From Thermodesulfobacteriota bacterium (GTDB lineage: Bacteria; Desulfobacterota_D; UBA1144; Nemesobacterales; UBA2774), in NCBI GenBank assembly GCA_965223335.1, contig OZ244991.1, positions 1,760,001-1,824,000 on the forward strand: 64,000 nucleotides of DNA, given 5' to 3'. Both the position numbers and the translations under genes were made by a program. The notes below the pieces were generated by a model. It had not been told where the DNA came from and ran no database searches. It was given only the letters and a program-made list of their open reading frames with translations. Positions 49,401 to 59,686 of this stretch are shown here, piece by piece. Position 1 is the first letter of the stretch. Each line of letters begins with the position of its first letter.

Positions 49401-50369
49401 TCAGATATTCCTCCCCTTACCCGAGTCGGTTATCAGGTTTAGGTCTTTTGGGTATGGTTTGAAATATGTTTGATTGCCAAGGTACTCTACCTCAAATTTT
49501 GTGATCCACGATCTTAGTACCGTGAGCACTGCGCTAAGTGGGATTCTTTTATCTCGATAGTCCTGGAGCAGGTCAAGAAAAAATGCCTTTTCGCTTTTTT
49601 TGAGCTCTTTTGAAAAGTACCCGAGAGCGTGCATGAGCACGTTTATATTGCTTGTGCTGCGGGGTATGTGGTTTAGCGATTTTTGAAGATGTGTTTTGTA
49701 TTGATCAAAGACTTTGTCAATGTCGAGTTTATCCTGGTTGGCAGCAATTCGTCCCAGCTGGCGCATCTCTTGTTGGTTGTAAGACATAAGGAGCAGTTTG
49801 TTACGGGACTGGAAATCAACAAGAGCTTTCGCCGATCTCAATTTCCTAGCAAGCCTAAATCTCATGTTGGTAAAAAGTTTTGTTAAAAAGTGCTCCCTTA
49901 TCCTATAATTTCTTATCCTGCCCTCGTCCTCAACGGCAATCCCCGGCAATCTCTCGATCACTTTCTCTGCGAACAGACCCGGGCCCCTGCCGGTGGCCAT
50001 ATCACTCTCCATAGACGGGAACCGCTTAGCGTCCCTAACACCGCACGAAGGGGACCTGCTCTTTAGGATTATCCCGTCAATATCAGTCACTTTGTTTAGG
50101 TAATTATCGGCAAAGCTCATCATCTTTTTTGTTATATCTAGACCTGTGGTGGGTTGAACTAGTTTTGTACCCCCCTTTTTACTCACAATTCGAATAGGGT
50201 CTCGGGGAACCCCAAGCCCGATTTCAAGCTCGGGACAGACCGGCAGGAAGTTAACATGGGGTTTTAGATCATTAACAAAATTGTTGGGTATAACCTGCCC
50301 GTTATACCTGCAAGCATCAAACTCAAGACATTTACTGATCAAAACGTTTGGCTTGGAATCGGTCCCCAT
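49401..50369 (-). CDS. DUF523 + DUF1722 fusion (thiouracil desulfidase-like / YbgA-like)
   Basis: ISKCL...CRYNG, VCPE.EIGLGVPR, KSRSPSCG, N.L.HALGYF, YF.PYP. Confidence 0.85.
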   Translation of the reverse strand: MGTDSKPNVLISKCLEFDACRYNGQVIPNNFVNDLKPHVNFLPVCPELEIGLGVPRDPIRIVSKKGGTKLVQPTTGLDITKKMMSFADNYLNKVTDIDGIILKSRSPSCGVRDAKRFPSMESDMATGRGPGLFAEKVIERLPGIAVEDEGRIRNYRIREHFLTKLFTNMRFRLARKLRSAKALVDFQSRNKLLLMSYNQQEMRQLGRIAANQDKLDIDKVFDQYKTHLQKSLNHIPRSTSNINVLMHALGYFSKELKKSEKAFFLDLLQDYRDKRIPLSAVLTVLRSWITKFEVEYLGNQTYFKPYPKDLNLITDSGKGRNI

Positions 50370-50530
50370 AATCTAAACCTATCATAATAATATCGGTCTT
50401 CATATATAAAGTATAATGATCAGTTATAAGCAACAAAGCCATACTCTTTTTATTTCGATAGTTTTGAATAAATATTAGGAACATACTCGGACCAATTTGT
50501 TATGTGATTGTGTAGGGCCTCTGTCGTTCC

Positions 50531-51697
50531 CTAACTCATCGAGTCGGTGTTGGGTGGGGTGGGCAGTCCTGTTAATAGCCACAAAATCACAAAAACCAAT
50601 GCACATATGACGGGATATATGGGGTTTAAGTGATAGAGATACCCTGCCAGCATCCCGCCGATAGATGCTCCTAAGAAACTAGAGAGGCTATAGAACCCTG
50701 TAGATGTGCCGCGGTTTTCCTGTGGTACGCGTTGGGTGAGGAACGCTGGGATTAGGGATTGAAACAGTGTGTGTCCCAGGAAAAAGGTTATGCCTACCGT
50801 ATAGAGCAGGAATTTGGAGTCGTCGGTCCATATATAGAGCACAAAGCTAACGAGAGTCAACACCCATGCAGTCTTTGTGGGCAGGCCCATACTGCCCTTT
50901 CTCTCGGAGTGGCGTACGTAGGGGAACACGAGCAACGCACTTGGGATGAGTACTATAATATATACCTTCCATAGCTCCTGTTTTGTTACACCCGAAGCGG
51001 TCCATGTGAGCTGGTATATAAATACAAACAGGTTTACTGTTAAAGAGACCACAAGGCCCGATATGTAAAGCCTTCTAAGCTCTATATCCGTGAGTAAATT
51101 CAATATCTCTTTTAGTCGTTGACGTTTGTTATTGGTTTTTATAGAAGGGAACAAGAATATGGTTGCCAACATTGCAATAACACCTAGTCCTGCCAGTATA
51201 AAAAACAGGTTCTTAAAACCGAATTCCGCTGCCAAAATAGGCCCGCTTATTATCGCGATTAAAAATGCCATACCTATGGCAATCCCCGTGATGCTAAACA
51301 CCTGGGTTCGCATGGACGGGCGGCTTAGGTCCCCGAGCGACGCTATGGCCACTGCACCCACTGCACCCCCGCCTTGAATAGCACGGGCAAAGATCAGCTG
51401 ATCTATACTGTTTGAGAGCCCGCACACGATACTGCCGATGGTAAAGAGCCCAAGCCCTATAAGTATCATCGGCTTTCTGCCAATCTTATCACTGGCCCAG
51501 CCGAAAGGGATTTGCAACAGGCTCTGTGTAAGTGCATAGATACCAAAGGCTACACCCGCAGATGCTACGGTAGCACCCGGGTAGTTGACCGTGTAAACGC
51601 TAAACACCGGTAGTATCAAGAATATCCCTAAAAGCCGTATGGCAAGTATTGAACTTACCGATATTACAGCCCTTAGCTCTTCTCTGCTGAATTTCAT
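50531..51697 (-). CDS. MFS transporter (YajR-like)
   Basis: RLLGIFLILPV, LQIPFGWASDKIGRKP, ARAIQGGGA; ~12 TMs; ATG 51697. Confidence 0.88.
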   Translation of the reverse strand: MKFSREELRAVISVSSILAIRLLGIFLILPVFSVYTVNYPGATVASAGVAFGIYALTQSLLQIPFGWASDKIGRKPMILIGLGLFTIGSIVCGLSNSIDQLIFARAIQGGGAVGAVAIASLGDLSRPSMRTQVFSITGIAIGMAFLIAIISGPILAAEFGFKNLFFILAGLGVIAMLATIFLFPSIKTNNKRQRLKEILNLLTDIELRRLYISGLVVSLTVNLFVFIYQLTWTASGVTKQELWKVYIIVLIPSALLVFPYVRHSERKGSMGLPTKTAWVLTLVSFVLYIWTDDSKFLLYTVGITFFLGHTLFQSLIPAFLTQRVPQENRGTSTGFYSLSSFLGASIGGMLAGYLYHLNPIYPVICALVFVILWLLTGLPTPPNTDSMS

Positions 51698-51806
51698 AGT
51701 TTTACAATTTCCGGGTCTCTCAAAGCGCTTTAGTGTAACACGCACTGATTAAATTGATACAACCCCGGATTGATAGAACACTGGGTGCGTGTTAATTTTA
51801 TTTTCG

Positions 51807-53330
51807 ATGCCCCGACACCTGAATTCGCGCAATATAGAGTCCGATTCGTTCGATAGAGAGCGGTTCGCCGAGCTGCTTGAGAGCTCGGGCGAGCTAAGCG
51901 CTTTATTAGAGAGCGGGTCTTTGCTTCTGCCCAACTTCTATGATTTTATGTCCGATGTTTTCGCAAGCTTCTATAAGCACAACATTGTAATGATTCCACC
52001 CGAAGAGATAGCAGAGGCCTCTAGGCTCGGGAGACAGTACCTGGACTACTTACTTGCCGATCCCCATCACAGAACGCTCAGGGATGATACCGTGCTCGAT
52101 ACATTTAGGTCGGGGTTGGCAACGCTTGGGGTCTGTGGGGATTTTTTGGCCTGGCTACGCTCCGATCACGGGGTGGGGGAAAGGTCGTTATTAAAAGACT
52201 GGGAGATCGATAAATTGGAGCAGGAGAATAAAGATCTTGCCGATGAGATCCGTACCATAGAAGAGGTTATCGAGGACTCCCAAGACCAGAATGAAACACT
52301 TGATACACTGCTTCGGGATAAAAAAGATGAACTCCGAGACGGGGAGGATGAGCTCGGGGAGTTGGTGGGGGAACAGAGCAAGCGACGAGAGCAAAGTGAT
52401 ATAAATATGAAAAAAGACGCCAAGCTCTCAATCAAACAGACCACTCAGACTATGGATGATATTGAGGACGAGCTCACAGAGTGGGGTGCGAATATGGGGA
52501 TGGCGTCTACGAGGGGTGTGGGTGAGAAGCTCGACCTGGCCCAGTCCCTATGCCGCAATGAGAAGTTAAAGAGACTCTCTAGGATGGTGGGCAGCCTAAA
52601 GCAGGAGATGCTTACATCACGTAGAAAAGCGTGGTCGCGCCGGGGCAGTGAAGTTTATGATATCGCCTACGGGGGCGAGTTGGGCAAGGTCATTCAGTCC
52701 CAGCTGCTTAGCCTCAGACACAAAACATTGATTAAGGATTTCCAAAGAAAACTGCTCGAGTCAAAGCTCCTTCAATATTCTTTAAGGGAAGACAAGGGGC
52801 GCGGCCCTATAGTGGTGTGTGTGGACGGAAGCTCCTCTATGGAGGGGGACAAGGAGATTTGGGCCAAAGGTGTGTGTCTTACGCTGCTTGAGATGGCAAA
52901 GAGAGAGAGACGGAAGTTTAACGTGCTGGTGTTTTCGTCCGGCGGCGGTCCTATGCGCACCTACGAATCGCACGGCGTGGAGAGATGGGGTATGAGGGAG
53001 CAGGATGTGTTGGATCTGGCTGACTACTTCCCGGGCGGGGGCACTGACTTCACAGCACCGCTCGATAGGGCGGGGGAACTGCTGGGAGAGTCCAAATTCA
53101 AAAACGGCGATGTCGTTTTTATCACAGACGGCGAGGCCGAGGTAAGCGAGGACTGGGCACTCAGCTTCAACACCTTAAAAAAGGATTTGAGATTCAAGGT
53201 GCTCTCTATACTGATAGATGTTACAGGCAGGGAATCCACCAGGTCCCTAGAGGTTTTTAGCGATAACATAACGGCCATCTCTAAGCTTACCTCAGAGGGT
53301 GCCAGGGATATTTTTTTAAAGCTTAACTAA
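51807..53330 (+). CDS. VWA-domain protein (ViaA-like)
   Basis: GPIVVCVDGSSSM MIDAS, GGGTDF, FITDGE; central coiled coil. Confidence 0.8.
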   Translation: MPRHLNSRNIESDSFDRERFAELLESSGELSALLESGSLLLPNFYDFMSDVFASFYKHNIVMIPPEEIAEASRLGRQYLDYLLADPHHRTLRDDTVLDTFRSGLATLGVCGDFLAWLRSDHGVGERSLLKDWEIDKLEQENKDLADEIRTIEEVIEDSQDQNETLDTLLRDKKDELRDGEDELGELVGEQSKRREQSDINMKKDAKLSIKQTTQTMDDIEDELTEWGANMGMASTRGVGEKLDLAQSLCRNEKLKRLSRMVGSLKQEMLTSRRKAWSRRGSEVYDIAYGGELGKVIQSQLLSLRHKTLIKDFQRKLLESKLLQYSLREDKGRGPIVVCVDGSSSMEGDKEIWAKGVCLTLLEMAKRERRKFNVLVFSSGGGPMRTYESHGVERWGMREQDVLDLADYFPGGGTDFTAPLDRAGELLGESKFKNGDVVFITDGEAEVSEDWALSFNTLKKDLRFKVLSILIDVTGRESTRSLEVFSDNITAISKLTSEGARDIFLKLN

Positions 53331-53376
53331 TTCTTGTTGACCTAAATATCCGAATAGGGTTATATTCATACCCAGT

Positions 53377-54471
53377 ATGAGACCTACCTGGGCCGAGGTC
53401 AATCTAAATTCCCTCAAATCTAACTATAATCTGCTGAAATCAATTATCGGTGAAGATGTTCGGGTGCTCTCTGTGGTTAAGGCCGATGCCTACGGCCACG
53501 GTGCCCCAGAGATTGCAACTGTGCTCTCTGCTATGGGCTCTGATCTATTGGGCGTGGCAAGTGTGACAGAGGCCGGGGAGCTTAGCGATGCAGGTGTGAC
53601 GGCGCCTATAGCGCTTTTGGGTGGTATACAGCCCCCTGAGGCGAGCCAAGTTCTTGAGCACGGCTATATCCCCTTTATATACACGATGGATGTTGCAAGG
53701 GCGCTCGATAAGGCTGCAAAGCAGCTGGGCACACGCGGGTATTATCATCTAAAGATCGATACAGGTATGACGCGACTCGGTGTAAAGCCCGAGGAGCTAA
53801 GCCCGTTTTTATCCGATCTTTCCGGGCTCGAGAACATAGAGATGGAGGGGGTATTAACCCATCTGGCCTCTGCGTTTTTGGATGACCGCGAGTACACAGA
53901 CCTGCAGTTGGGGCGGTTTCAACAGGCTGTGTCGGTGGTAATGCGGGCCGGGTTTTCGCCTAGGTATATCCACGCTGCCAACAGCGCCTCTATCCAGCGC
54001 TACCCCGAATCTCACCTCGATATGGTACGCCCGGGGATAATGCTCTATGGCTCGGGTACGGGCCGAAGAGAGGAGCTTAAACCCGTGATGACACTTAAGA
54101 CAAAAATCATTCAGCTAAAACAGGTCCCCAAAGGCACACCCGTTAGTTACGGTGGCACACATGTGACCAGCAGGCTCTCCGATGTTGCCACCCTGCCCAT
54201 AGGCTATGCCGACGGCTATACGAGGAGGCTCGGCAACAGGGCTTTTGTAATGGTAAACGGAGAGAGGGCGCCTGTAGTGGGGGATGTATGCATGGATTTA
54301 ACCATGGTTGATGTTACCGGGATACCCGAGGTGAAAAACGATACCGAGGTAACACTGTTTGGGTCTGGGGGGCTTACAGTTGACGAGGTGGCCGGCTGGG
54401 GCGATACGATCTCTTATGAATTACTCTCAACCGTGGGTAAACGGGTCCCCAGGGTCTATAAATCGGACTGA
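53377..54471 (+). CDS. alr: alanine racemase
   Basis: VVKADAYGHG, HLKIDTGMTRLG, MVRPGIMLYG, VSYG, IGYADG, VCMD, TISYE. Confidence 0.97.
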   Translation: MRPTWAEVNLNSLKSNYNLLKSIIGEDVRVLSVVKADAYGHGAPEIATVLSAMGSDLLGVASVTEAGELSDAGVTAPIALLGGIQPPEASQVLEHGYIPFIYTMDVARALDKAAKQLGTRGYYHLKIDTGMTRLGVKPEELSPFLSDLSGLENIEMEGVLTHLASAFLDDREYTDLQLGRFQQAVSVVMRAGFSPRYIHAANSASIQRYPESHLDMVRPGIMLYGSGTGRREELKPVMTLKTKIIQLKQVPKGTPVSYGGTHVTSRLSDVATLPIGYADGYTRRLGNRAFVMVNGERAPVVGDVCMDLTMVDVTGIPEVKNDTEVTLFGSGGLTVDEVAGWGDTISYELLSTVGKRVPRVYKSD

Positions 54472-54536
54472 TTCCAGATGTTTTGAGTCCGGGTACGAAA
54501 TTCTTAGACGATACTGATAAGTAGGGTATTGTTAAA

Positions 54537-56039
54537 ATGATGGGTAATAATATTAGAGCTCATACCACTATAATATCCGGACTGCTATTGTTTGCACTGT
54601 TTATTTTTACGGTGCCACCGCAAAGCTCGGGGGCCGGTATAAACCTGGGCCCGCTGCTAAACGTAACGACCAATGAGCAAGACGGCACTAGGGATTTAAA
54701 TGCTCTCGGACCCCTAATTAAATTTAAGAAAACCGAAAACACGACAGAGTACGGGTTTAGGCCCTTATTTTACAAGGTGGCGGATCATGAGAAGGACAAG
54801 ACTGCGTTTGACCTGCTATATCCCATCTCGACCTACAGGCGCTGGGACAAGGATCTAAAGATGCAGCTCTTGATGTACGTGATGTACTACAGGTCGGTAA
54901 AGCAGCAAAGCGGGTTTATGGAGCGGGAGTATATCTTTATCCCGTTTATATTCAGTAAAAAAGCCGAGGAAAAAGACGATAGTTACTTTGCGTTCTTTCC
55001 ATTTTACGGGCGTGTCAAACACAAGTATGTAAAAGACGAGATCAACTTCTTTATGTTTCCCTTTTACCTGCAGACTGTCAAAAACGGCATGAAAAACACA
55101 AGTTTTATCTGGCCGTTTATTGCTGTATACACTGGAGGCCAGCAAACCGGGGGCAGGTTTTGGCCCGTCTACGGCCAGAGGAAGGTAGGTGAAACACGTG
55201 AGGATCGCTTTGTAATGTGGCCGTTTTACATGTCCCGCGAGCGCATGTTCTATGGCGATAAACAGAGTACTCTGTCCGTGTGGCCGTTTTATTACGGTAC
55301 CGATGCCCCGGGCAGGACACAAAGGACATTTTTCTGGCCCTTTATAAACAAGATAGAGGATAAGAACCGCGATATTAAGAGGTGGGACGTCCCCTGGCCA
55401 TTGATCACGGTATCTAACCAAAGCCGCGAGACCAAGAGGTTCTTCCCGTTTTATTCCAAGAGCACCGGCAGGGGGGCAGACAGGGGATTTTTTATGTGGC
55501 CGCTTTACAGGTACGATACGATCGAGTTGGACAGGTACAAACGAAAACGTGTGAGCGTGCTTCTATTTATATATAAGGATATCAACAACGTACCTATTAA
55601 AGAGGGCGGGCGTGATGGAAGGAGAATAGACCTGTGGCCGTTGTTCAGCTATAAACGGGTGCCGGGTGAGCGATCGTATTTTAGGCTCTTTTCCCCCCTT
55701 GAGATGTTTTTAGCCAACAACCCACCCAGGGAGCGCAACTGGGCTCCTATCTGGAGGATATTCGAGTGGAACAAGGACGCCGAGGGCACCGAGATAACAT
55801 CTGTTTTTTGGAGGACGATTGTAACCGAGCGTTCGAAAGAAAGGGTAAGCGTGGATATTAGGCCCATTATCCCGTTTTTTTCCTATCTTAAATCCCCCGA
55901 AAAGGGGAACATGAAACTTCTAGGCGGGTTGCTTGGGTACGAGAGAGAGCAGCAGAAGAAAAAATTAAGATTCCTTTACATCCCTGTTACTATATCGGGT
56001 GGGAAAGATAAAAAGCTGGCGGATAATGGGGGCGGATAA
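54537..56039 (+). CDS. exported aromatic-rich repeat protein of unknown function, first gene of the MCE operon
   Basis: Signal peptide; about 15 (F/W)P(F/L)(Y/I) repeats; stop 3 nt before the mlaE start. Confidence 0.7.
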   Translation: MMGNNIRAHTTIISGLLLFALFIFTVPPQSSGAGINLGPLLNVTTNEQDGTRDLNALGPLIKFKKTENTTEYGFRPLFYKVADHEKDKTAFDLLYPISTYRRWDKDLKMQLLMYVMYYRSVKQQSGFMEREYIFIPFIFSKKAEEKDDSYFAFFPFYGRVKHKYVKDEINFFMFPFYLQTVKNGMKNTSFIWPFIAVYTGGQQTGGRFWPVYGQRKVGETREDRFVMWPFYMSRERMFYGDKQSTLSVWPFYYGTDAPGRTQRTFFWPFINKIEDKNRDIKRWDVPWPLITVSNQSRETKRFFPFYSKSTGRGADRGFFMWPLYRYDTIELDRYKRKRVSVLLFIYKDINNVPIKEGGRDGRRIDLWPLFSYKRVPGERSYFRLFSPLEMFLANNPPRERNWAPIWRIFEWNKDAEGTEITSVFWRTIVTERSKERVSVDIRPIIPFFSYLKSPEKGNMKLLGGLLGYEREQQKKKLRFLYIPVTISGGKDKKLADNGGG

Positions 56040-56042
56040 TAG

Positions 56043-56810
56043 ATGACGGCGGTATATCATTTCTTTGAAGTCACAGGCGGACTTGTGAGCCTTTTGTTTC
56101 AAACCATATACTGGTGCAAGTCGGCATTTACCAACCGTGACAAGGTTATTGCACAGATTGTAGAGATTGGCAACAACACGCTGCCGGTGGGTGCACTCAT
56201 AGCACTTTTCAGCGGTGGGGTTTTGGCACTTCAGGCAGGGCCTACGCTCGCACAATTTGGGATTGAGGAAAATGTAGGCGGACTTGTGGGGCTATCGCTC
56301 GCCAAAGAGATAGGCCCCGTGATGGCTGCCATATTGATAGCGGGCCGGGTGGGGTCGGCCATTACAGCGGAACTTGCCTCTATGAGTGTGTACGAGGAGA
56401 TAGATGCGCTGGTCACCATGGATATTAACCCGGTGCGTTACCTTGTGATGCCCAGGTTCTTGGGCACTGTAATCTCTTTGCCTCTACTGGTTATCTACAT
56501 GGTTGTGATCGGGTGGTTCGGGGGTGCAGTGGTGTCGTACATAAACCCCGAGATACAGCTCTCTTTTGATGTATATTACAGGAATTTATCCGAGCTCATG
56601 GACTACGAAGCAGTAATTAACGGGCTTATTAAGGCCATGATATTCGGCGTCATAATTTCTATTGTGTGCAGCTATGTGGGGCTTAAGACCAAGGGCGGCC
56701 CAAGAGAGATAGGCAGCTCGGTTACAAGGGCCGTGGTACTGTCGTTTGTACTGGTACTGGTGTTTGACTACTACGCCACAAGAATATTGCTGTTTCTAAA
56801 CCTGGATTAG
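56043..56810 (+). CDS. mlaE: MlaE-family ABC permease
   Basis: EIGPVMAAILIAGRVGSAITAELASM...EEIDAL, YLVMPR, T.GG...IG..VT.AVV. Confidence 0.92.
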   Translation: MTAVYHFFEVTGGLVSLLFQTIYWCKSAFTNRDKVIAQIVEIGNNTLPVGALIALFSGGVLALQAGPTLAQFGIEENVGGLVGLSLAKEIGPVMAAILIAGRVGSAITAELASMSVYEEIDALVTMDINPVRYLVMPRFLGTVISLPLLVIYMVVIGWFGGAVVSYINPEIQLSFDVYYRNLSELMDYEAVINGLIKAMIFGVIISIVCSYVGLKTKGGPREIGSSVTRAVVLSFVLVLVFDYYATRILLFLNLD

Positions 56811-56843
56811 AGTATAATCATATAAGGTGTGTGGGAAAGGGAA

Positions 56844-57653
56844 ATGACCGAGGACAATGCTCAAACGCAATTAGCCGTGGATAGCGCAAACGGAAAAGAG
56901 GAGTTGCTCAAATACCTCAATTGTGCTGCGGTGGGGGTAGAGATATCCGAGTTGCGCAAATCGTTTGGCGATAACGAGGTGCTTAGGGGGGTTAACCTTA
57001 GTATCGAGCCCGGGGAAACCACTGTTATCCTGGGCAAAAGCGGCACCGGAAAAAGCGTGCTGCTCCGCCACATCATAGGGCTTGAGAAACCCGATTCAGG
57101 GCACATTTTTATAGACGGGGTGGATATCCATGACCCCCAGTTTAAAAAGAAATTTCGTGTGGCAATGGTGTTTCAATCGAGCGCACTTTTTAATTCACTC
57201 ACCGTGGGCGAGAATGTAGCACTCTACCTAAGGGAGCACCATGTGTTTGGTGACGAGGGAGAGCTCAGAAACATTGTAAAGAGTGCATTGTCCATAGTGG
57301 GCCTCCACGGTGTAGAGGACGACATGCCCTCTACGCTAAGCGGCGGGATGCGAAGGAGGGTAGCTACGGCCAGGGCACTCGTGATGAACCCCGACCTCAT
57401 ACTCTTTGACGAGCCCACCTCGGGGCTTGACCCCTTGATGACGCGTACCGTAGGCGACCTTATACTAAGCCTTAAACACCAGGTCAGTATCACCCAGATT
57501 GTGGTCACACACGATATCGACCTTGCGTTTTATGTAGCGGACAGAGTCTCTTTGTTGCGTAACGGGGTGATTGTCGAAACTGGCACACCTGCACAGTTTC
57601 AAGAGAGCTCTAACCCGTATGTAAACGAGTTTACAACTCCACAGTTTGAGTAG
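56844..57653 (+). CDS. mlaF: MlaF/Mkl-family ABC ATPase
   Basis: GKSGTGKS, MVFQSSALF.SLTVGENV, LSGGMRRRVA.ARA, FDEPTSGLDP, VTHD. Confidence 0.92.
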   Translation: MTEDNAQTQLAVDSANGKEELLKYLNCAAVGVEISELRKSFGDNEVLRGVNLSIEPGETTVILGKSGTGKSVLLRHIIGLEKPDSGHIFIDGVDIHDPQFKKKFRVAMVFQSSALFNSLTVGENVALYLREHHVFGDEGELRNIVKSALSIVGLHGVEDDMPSTLSGGMRRRVATARALVMNPDLILFDEPTSGLDPLMTRTVGDLILSLKHQVSITQIVVTHDIDLAFYVADRVSLLRNGVIVETGTPAQFQESSNPYVNEFTTPQFE

Positions 57654-57669
57654 TGCCCGGAGGTAAGTG

Positions 57670-58683
57670 ATGCGCAATGACATAAAAGTCGGAATATTTT
57701 TTATTGTCGGTCTTATCATACTTCTTGCGGTCTTCGATTTTGTGGGAGACCTGCCGTTTTTTCGTAACGAGTTTACGGTAAAAACGTATTTTCAATCCAT
57801 TGGAGAGCTCCGCAAGGGCAACCCCGTGAGGCTCGAGGGTGTCGAGATCGGCAAGGTCTCGGACATAAAGATTGCCGATAGAAAAATAGAGGTCGAGATG
57901 GAGGTAATCGGTACAAGCGGCATAAGAGAGGACTCTGTAGCGAGCATAAGGTTGACAAGCCTCTTGGGCACAAGCTACGTCAATCTGAGTTTTGGTACGG
58001 AGGAAAGCCCCCAGGCCAAGAATGGCAGTGTGTTAGAGAGCATAGAACCTGCGAGTTTAAACGAGATACTGGCCAAAGTTGACTCAGCCGTGGGTTCGAT
58101 AGACTCGGCTCTTAGCGCTTTTAGTGCACTGGGCGAGAACAAGGACAAGATCTCTAGCATGATAACCAACATGGACTCAGTGCTCGGAAACATGGCCGAG
58201 GGCAAGGGCACAATCGGTAAACTTCTCCAGGACGAAGGCCTCTATACGGATGCAAGCGAGGCACTCAAGCAGGCCAGGGGAACGCTTTTGAATGTAAACG
58301 ATATTGCCGCGTCAATAAAAAGCGGGAAGGGTACACTTGGGAAACTGCTTGTGGATGATTCGTTGTTTTTTGAGACTAAGGAGGCATTTACAAACATAGG
58401 CGGCCTCACTAAAAAACTTAATACAGACCAGGGTACGATTGGTAAACTGCTTACCGACGACACTCTTTACACAGAGGCGACAGAGGCTGCTACCAATATG
58501 AACGCTATCCTAAAAAAGATTAACTCCGGCGAGGGCACGATCGGCCAGCTCGTAAATGACGACTCCCTTTATCTCGATGCCAAGGACACTCTGCTCAAGG
58601 TCGATAAGAGCCTCGATACCATTGATGACCTCGCACCGCTCGGTGTGTTTGGCACAGCGCTTGGGGTAGTGACGCTGTTTTAG
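57670..58683 (+). CDS. mlaD: MCE (MlaD-family) protein with long helical repeat region
   Basis: KVGIF TM; L..GNPVRLEGVEIGKV, SLLGTSYV; four GT(I/L)G(K/Q)L..D..L(Y/F) repeats. Confidence 0.88.
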   Translation: MRNDIKVGIFFIVGLIILLAVFDFVGDLPFFRNEFTVKTYFQSIGELRKGNPVRLEGVEIGKVSDIKIADRKIEVEMEVIGTSGIREDSVASIRLTSLLGTSYVNLSFGTEESPQAKNGSVLESIEPASLNEILAKVDSAVGSIDSALSAFSALGENKDKISSMITNMDSVLGNMAEGKGTIGKLLQDEGLYTDASEALKQARGTLLNVNDIAASIKSGKGTLGKLLVDDSLFFETKEAFTNIGGLTKKLNTDQGTIGKLLTDDTLYTEATEAATNMNAILKKINSGEGTIGQLVNDDSLYLDAKDTLLKVDKSLDTIDDLAPLGVFGTALGVVTLF

Positions 58684-59631
58684 ATGACAATTGTAAAGGT
58701 TCTTTTAGATCATATCGATTTTAACGACACGCTTTACCGCATTCCCTCTGCTCCCTATTCGTCCCGACTATTTGATTCTATTGCAGACACGGGCCTCATT
58801 AATCTCCCCACATTAGTTAAGCATGGTGAGGGCTATAGGATCCTCTTGGGTTGGAAACGGTTGGCCGTGTGCAAAGAGCTTGGGTTAAAAGATGAAGTGT
58901 GTAGAGTTTATGATCCCGAGGAGCTTACTGCCACAGAGGTTATCAAGCTTATCTATCTTGATAATGAACACAGGTTCACAGACCTCGAAAGAGCGTTATT
59001 ATTCTCCAAGTTCAAAGAGCTCTCAGGGTTAAACGACCGAGAGCTGACGACAACAGTATTGCCGCTCCTTGGTGTTTCACCCTCCGGTAAGAACCTAGAG
59101 CGTATGACTAAGCTAGCGGGATTGGACCAAGAGGTCATTGATGCGACTCTCGAAGAACGCATAACGGTCGAGCAGGCAAATCTGCTTGCCAATATAGAGG
59201 ACATATCCGAACGACAGTATTTGTTAAAAGAGGTCTTGATTAAGTACGGTTTAAACAATAACGAGGCGCGAGAAACCGTGTATGAGCTATTGGAACTCGC
59301 CGCCATAAAAGGGGTTTCGACCAAAGAGATTGTGGAAGCTGCGATTGCCGGGGTTGCGAACAAGCAGATTTTTAGGGAGAGGGTAAAGAGCCTCCGTTAT
59401 CCCGAGTACTCAAGTGTGGTAGATGAATTTCAAAAAATAAGAAAAGAAATGGGCTTGCCGGAATCAGTAAATATAGCTCACGACAGATATTTTGAGCGTG
59501 ACGATCTACAAATAAGATTCAAGATCAACAGCTCGGATGATCTAGATAGGGTTATAACCTCGCTCAAAAATGCAAATGATACTGGTAGCATACGAAAGCT
59601 CCTTGAACTGATCAAAAAAGGCCGGGGATAA
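58684..59631 (+). CDS. ParB/Srx N-terminal-domain protein
   Basis: L.DSI...GLINLP, ILLGWKRL, DN...FTDLERA. Confidence 0.65.
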   Translation: MTIVKVLLDHIDFNDTLYRIPSAPYSSRLFDSIADTGLINLPTLVKHGEGYRILLGWKRLAVCKELGLKDEVCRVYDPEELTATEVIKLIYLDNEHRFTDLERALLFSKFKELSGLNDRELTTTVLPLLGVSPSGKNLERMTKLAGLDQEVIDATLEERITVEQANLLANIEDISERQYLLKEVLIKYGLNNNEARETVYELLELAAIKGVSTKEIVEAAIAGVANKQIFRERVKSLRYPEYSSVVDEFQKIRKEMGLPESVNIAHDRYFERDDLQIRFKINSSDDLDRVITSLKNANDTGSIRKLLELIKKGRG

Positions 59632-59686
59632 CCCGACGATATCCCGCTCGGGATACCTATAGAAATATCTCTATATGCATGTTTTG

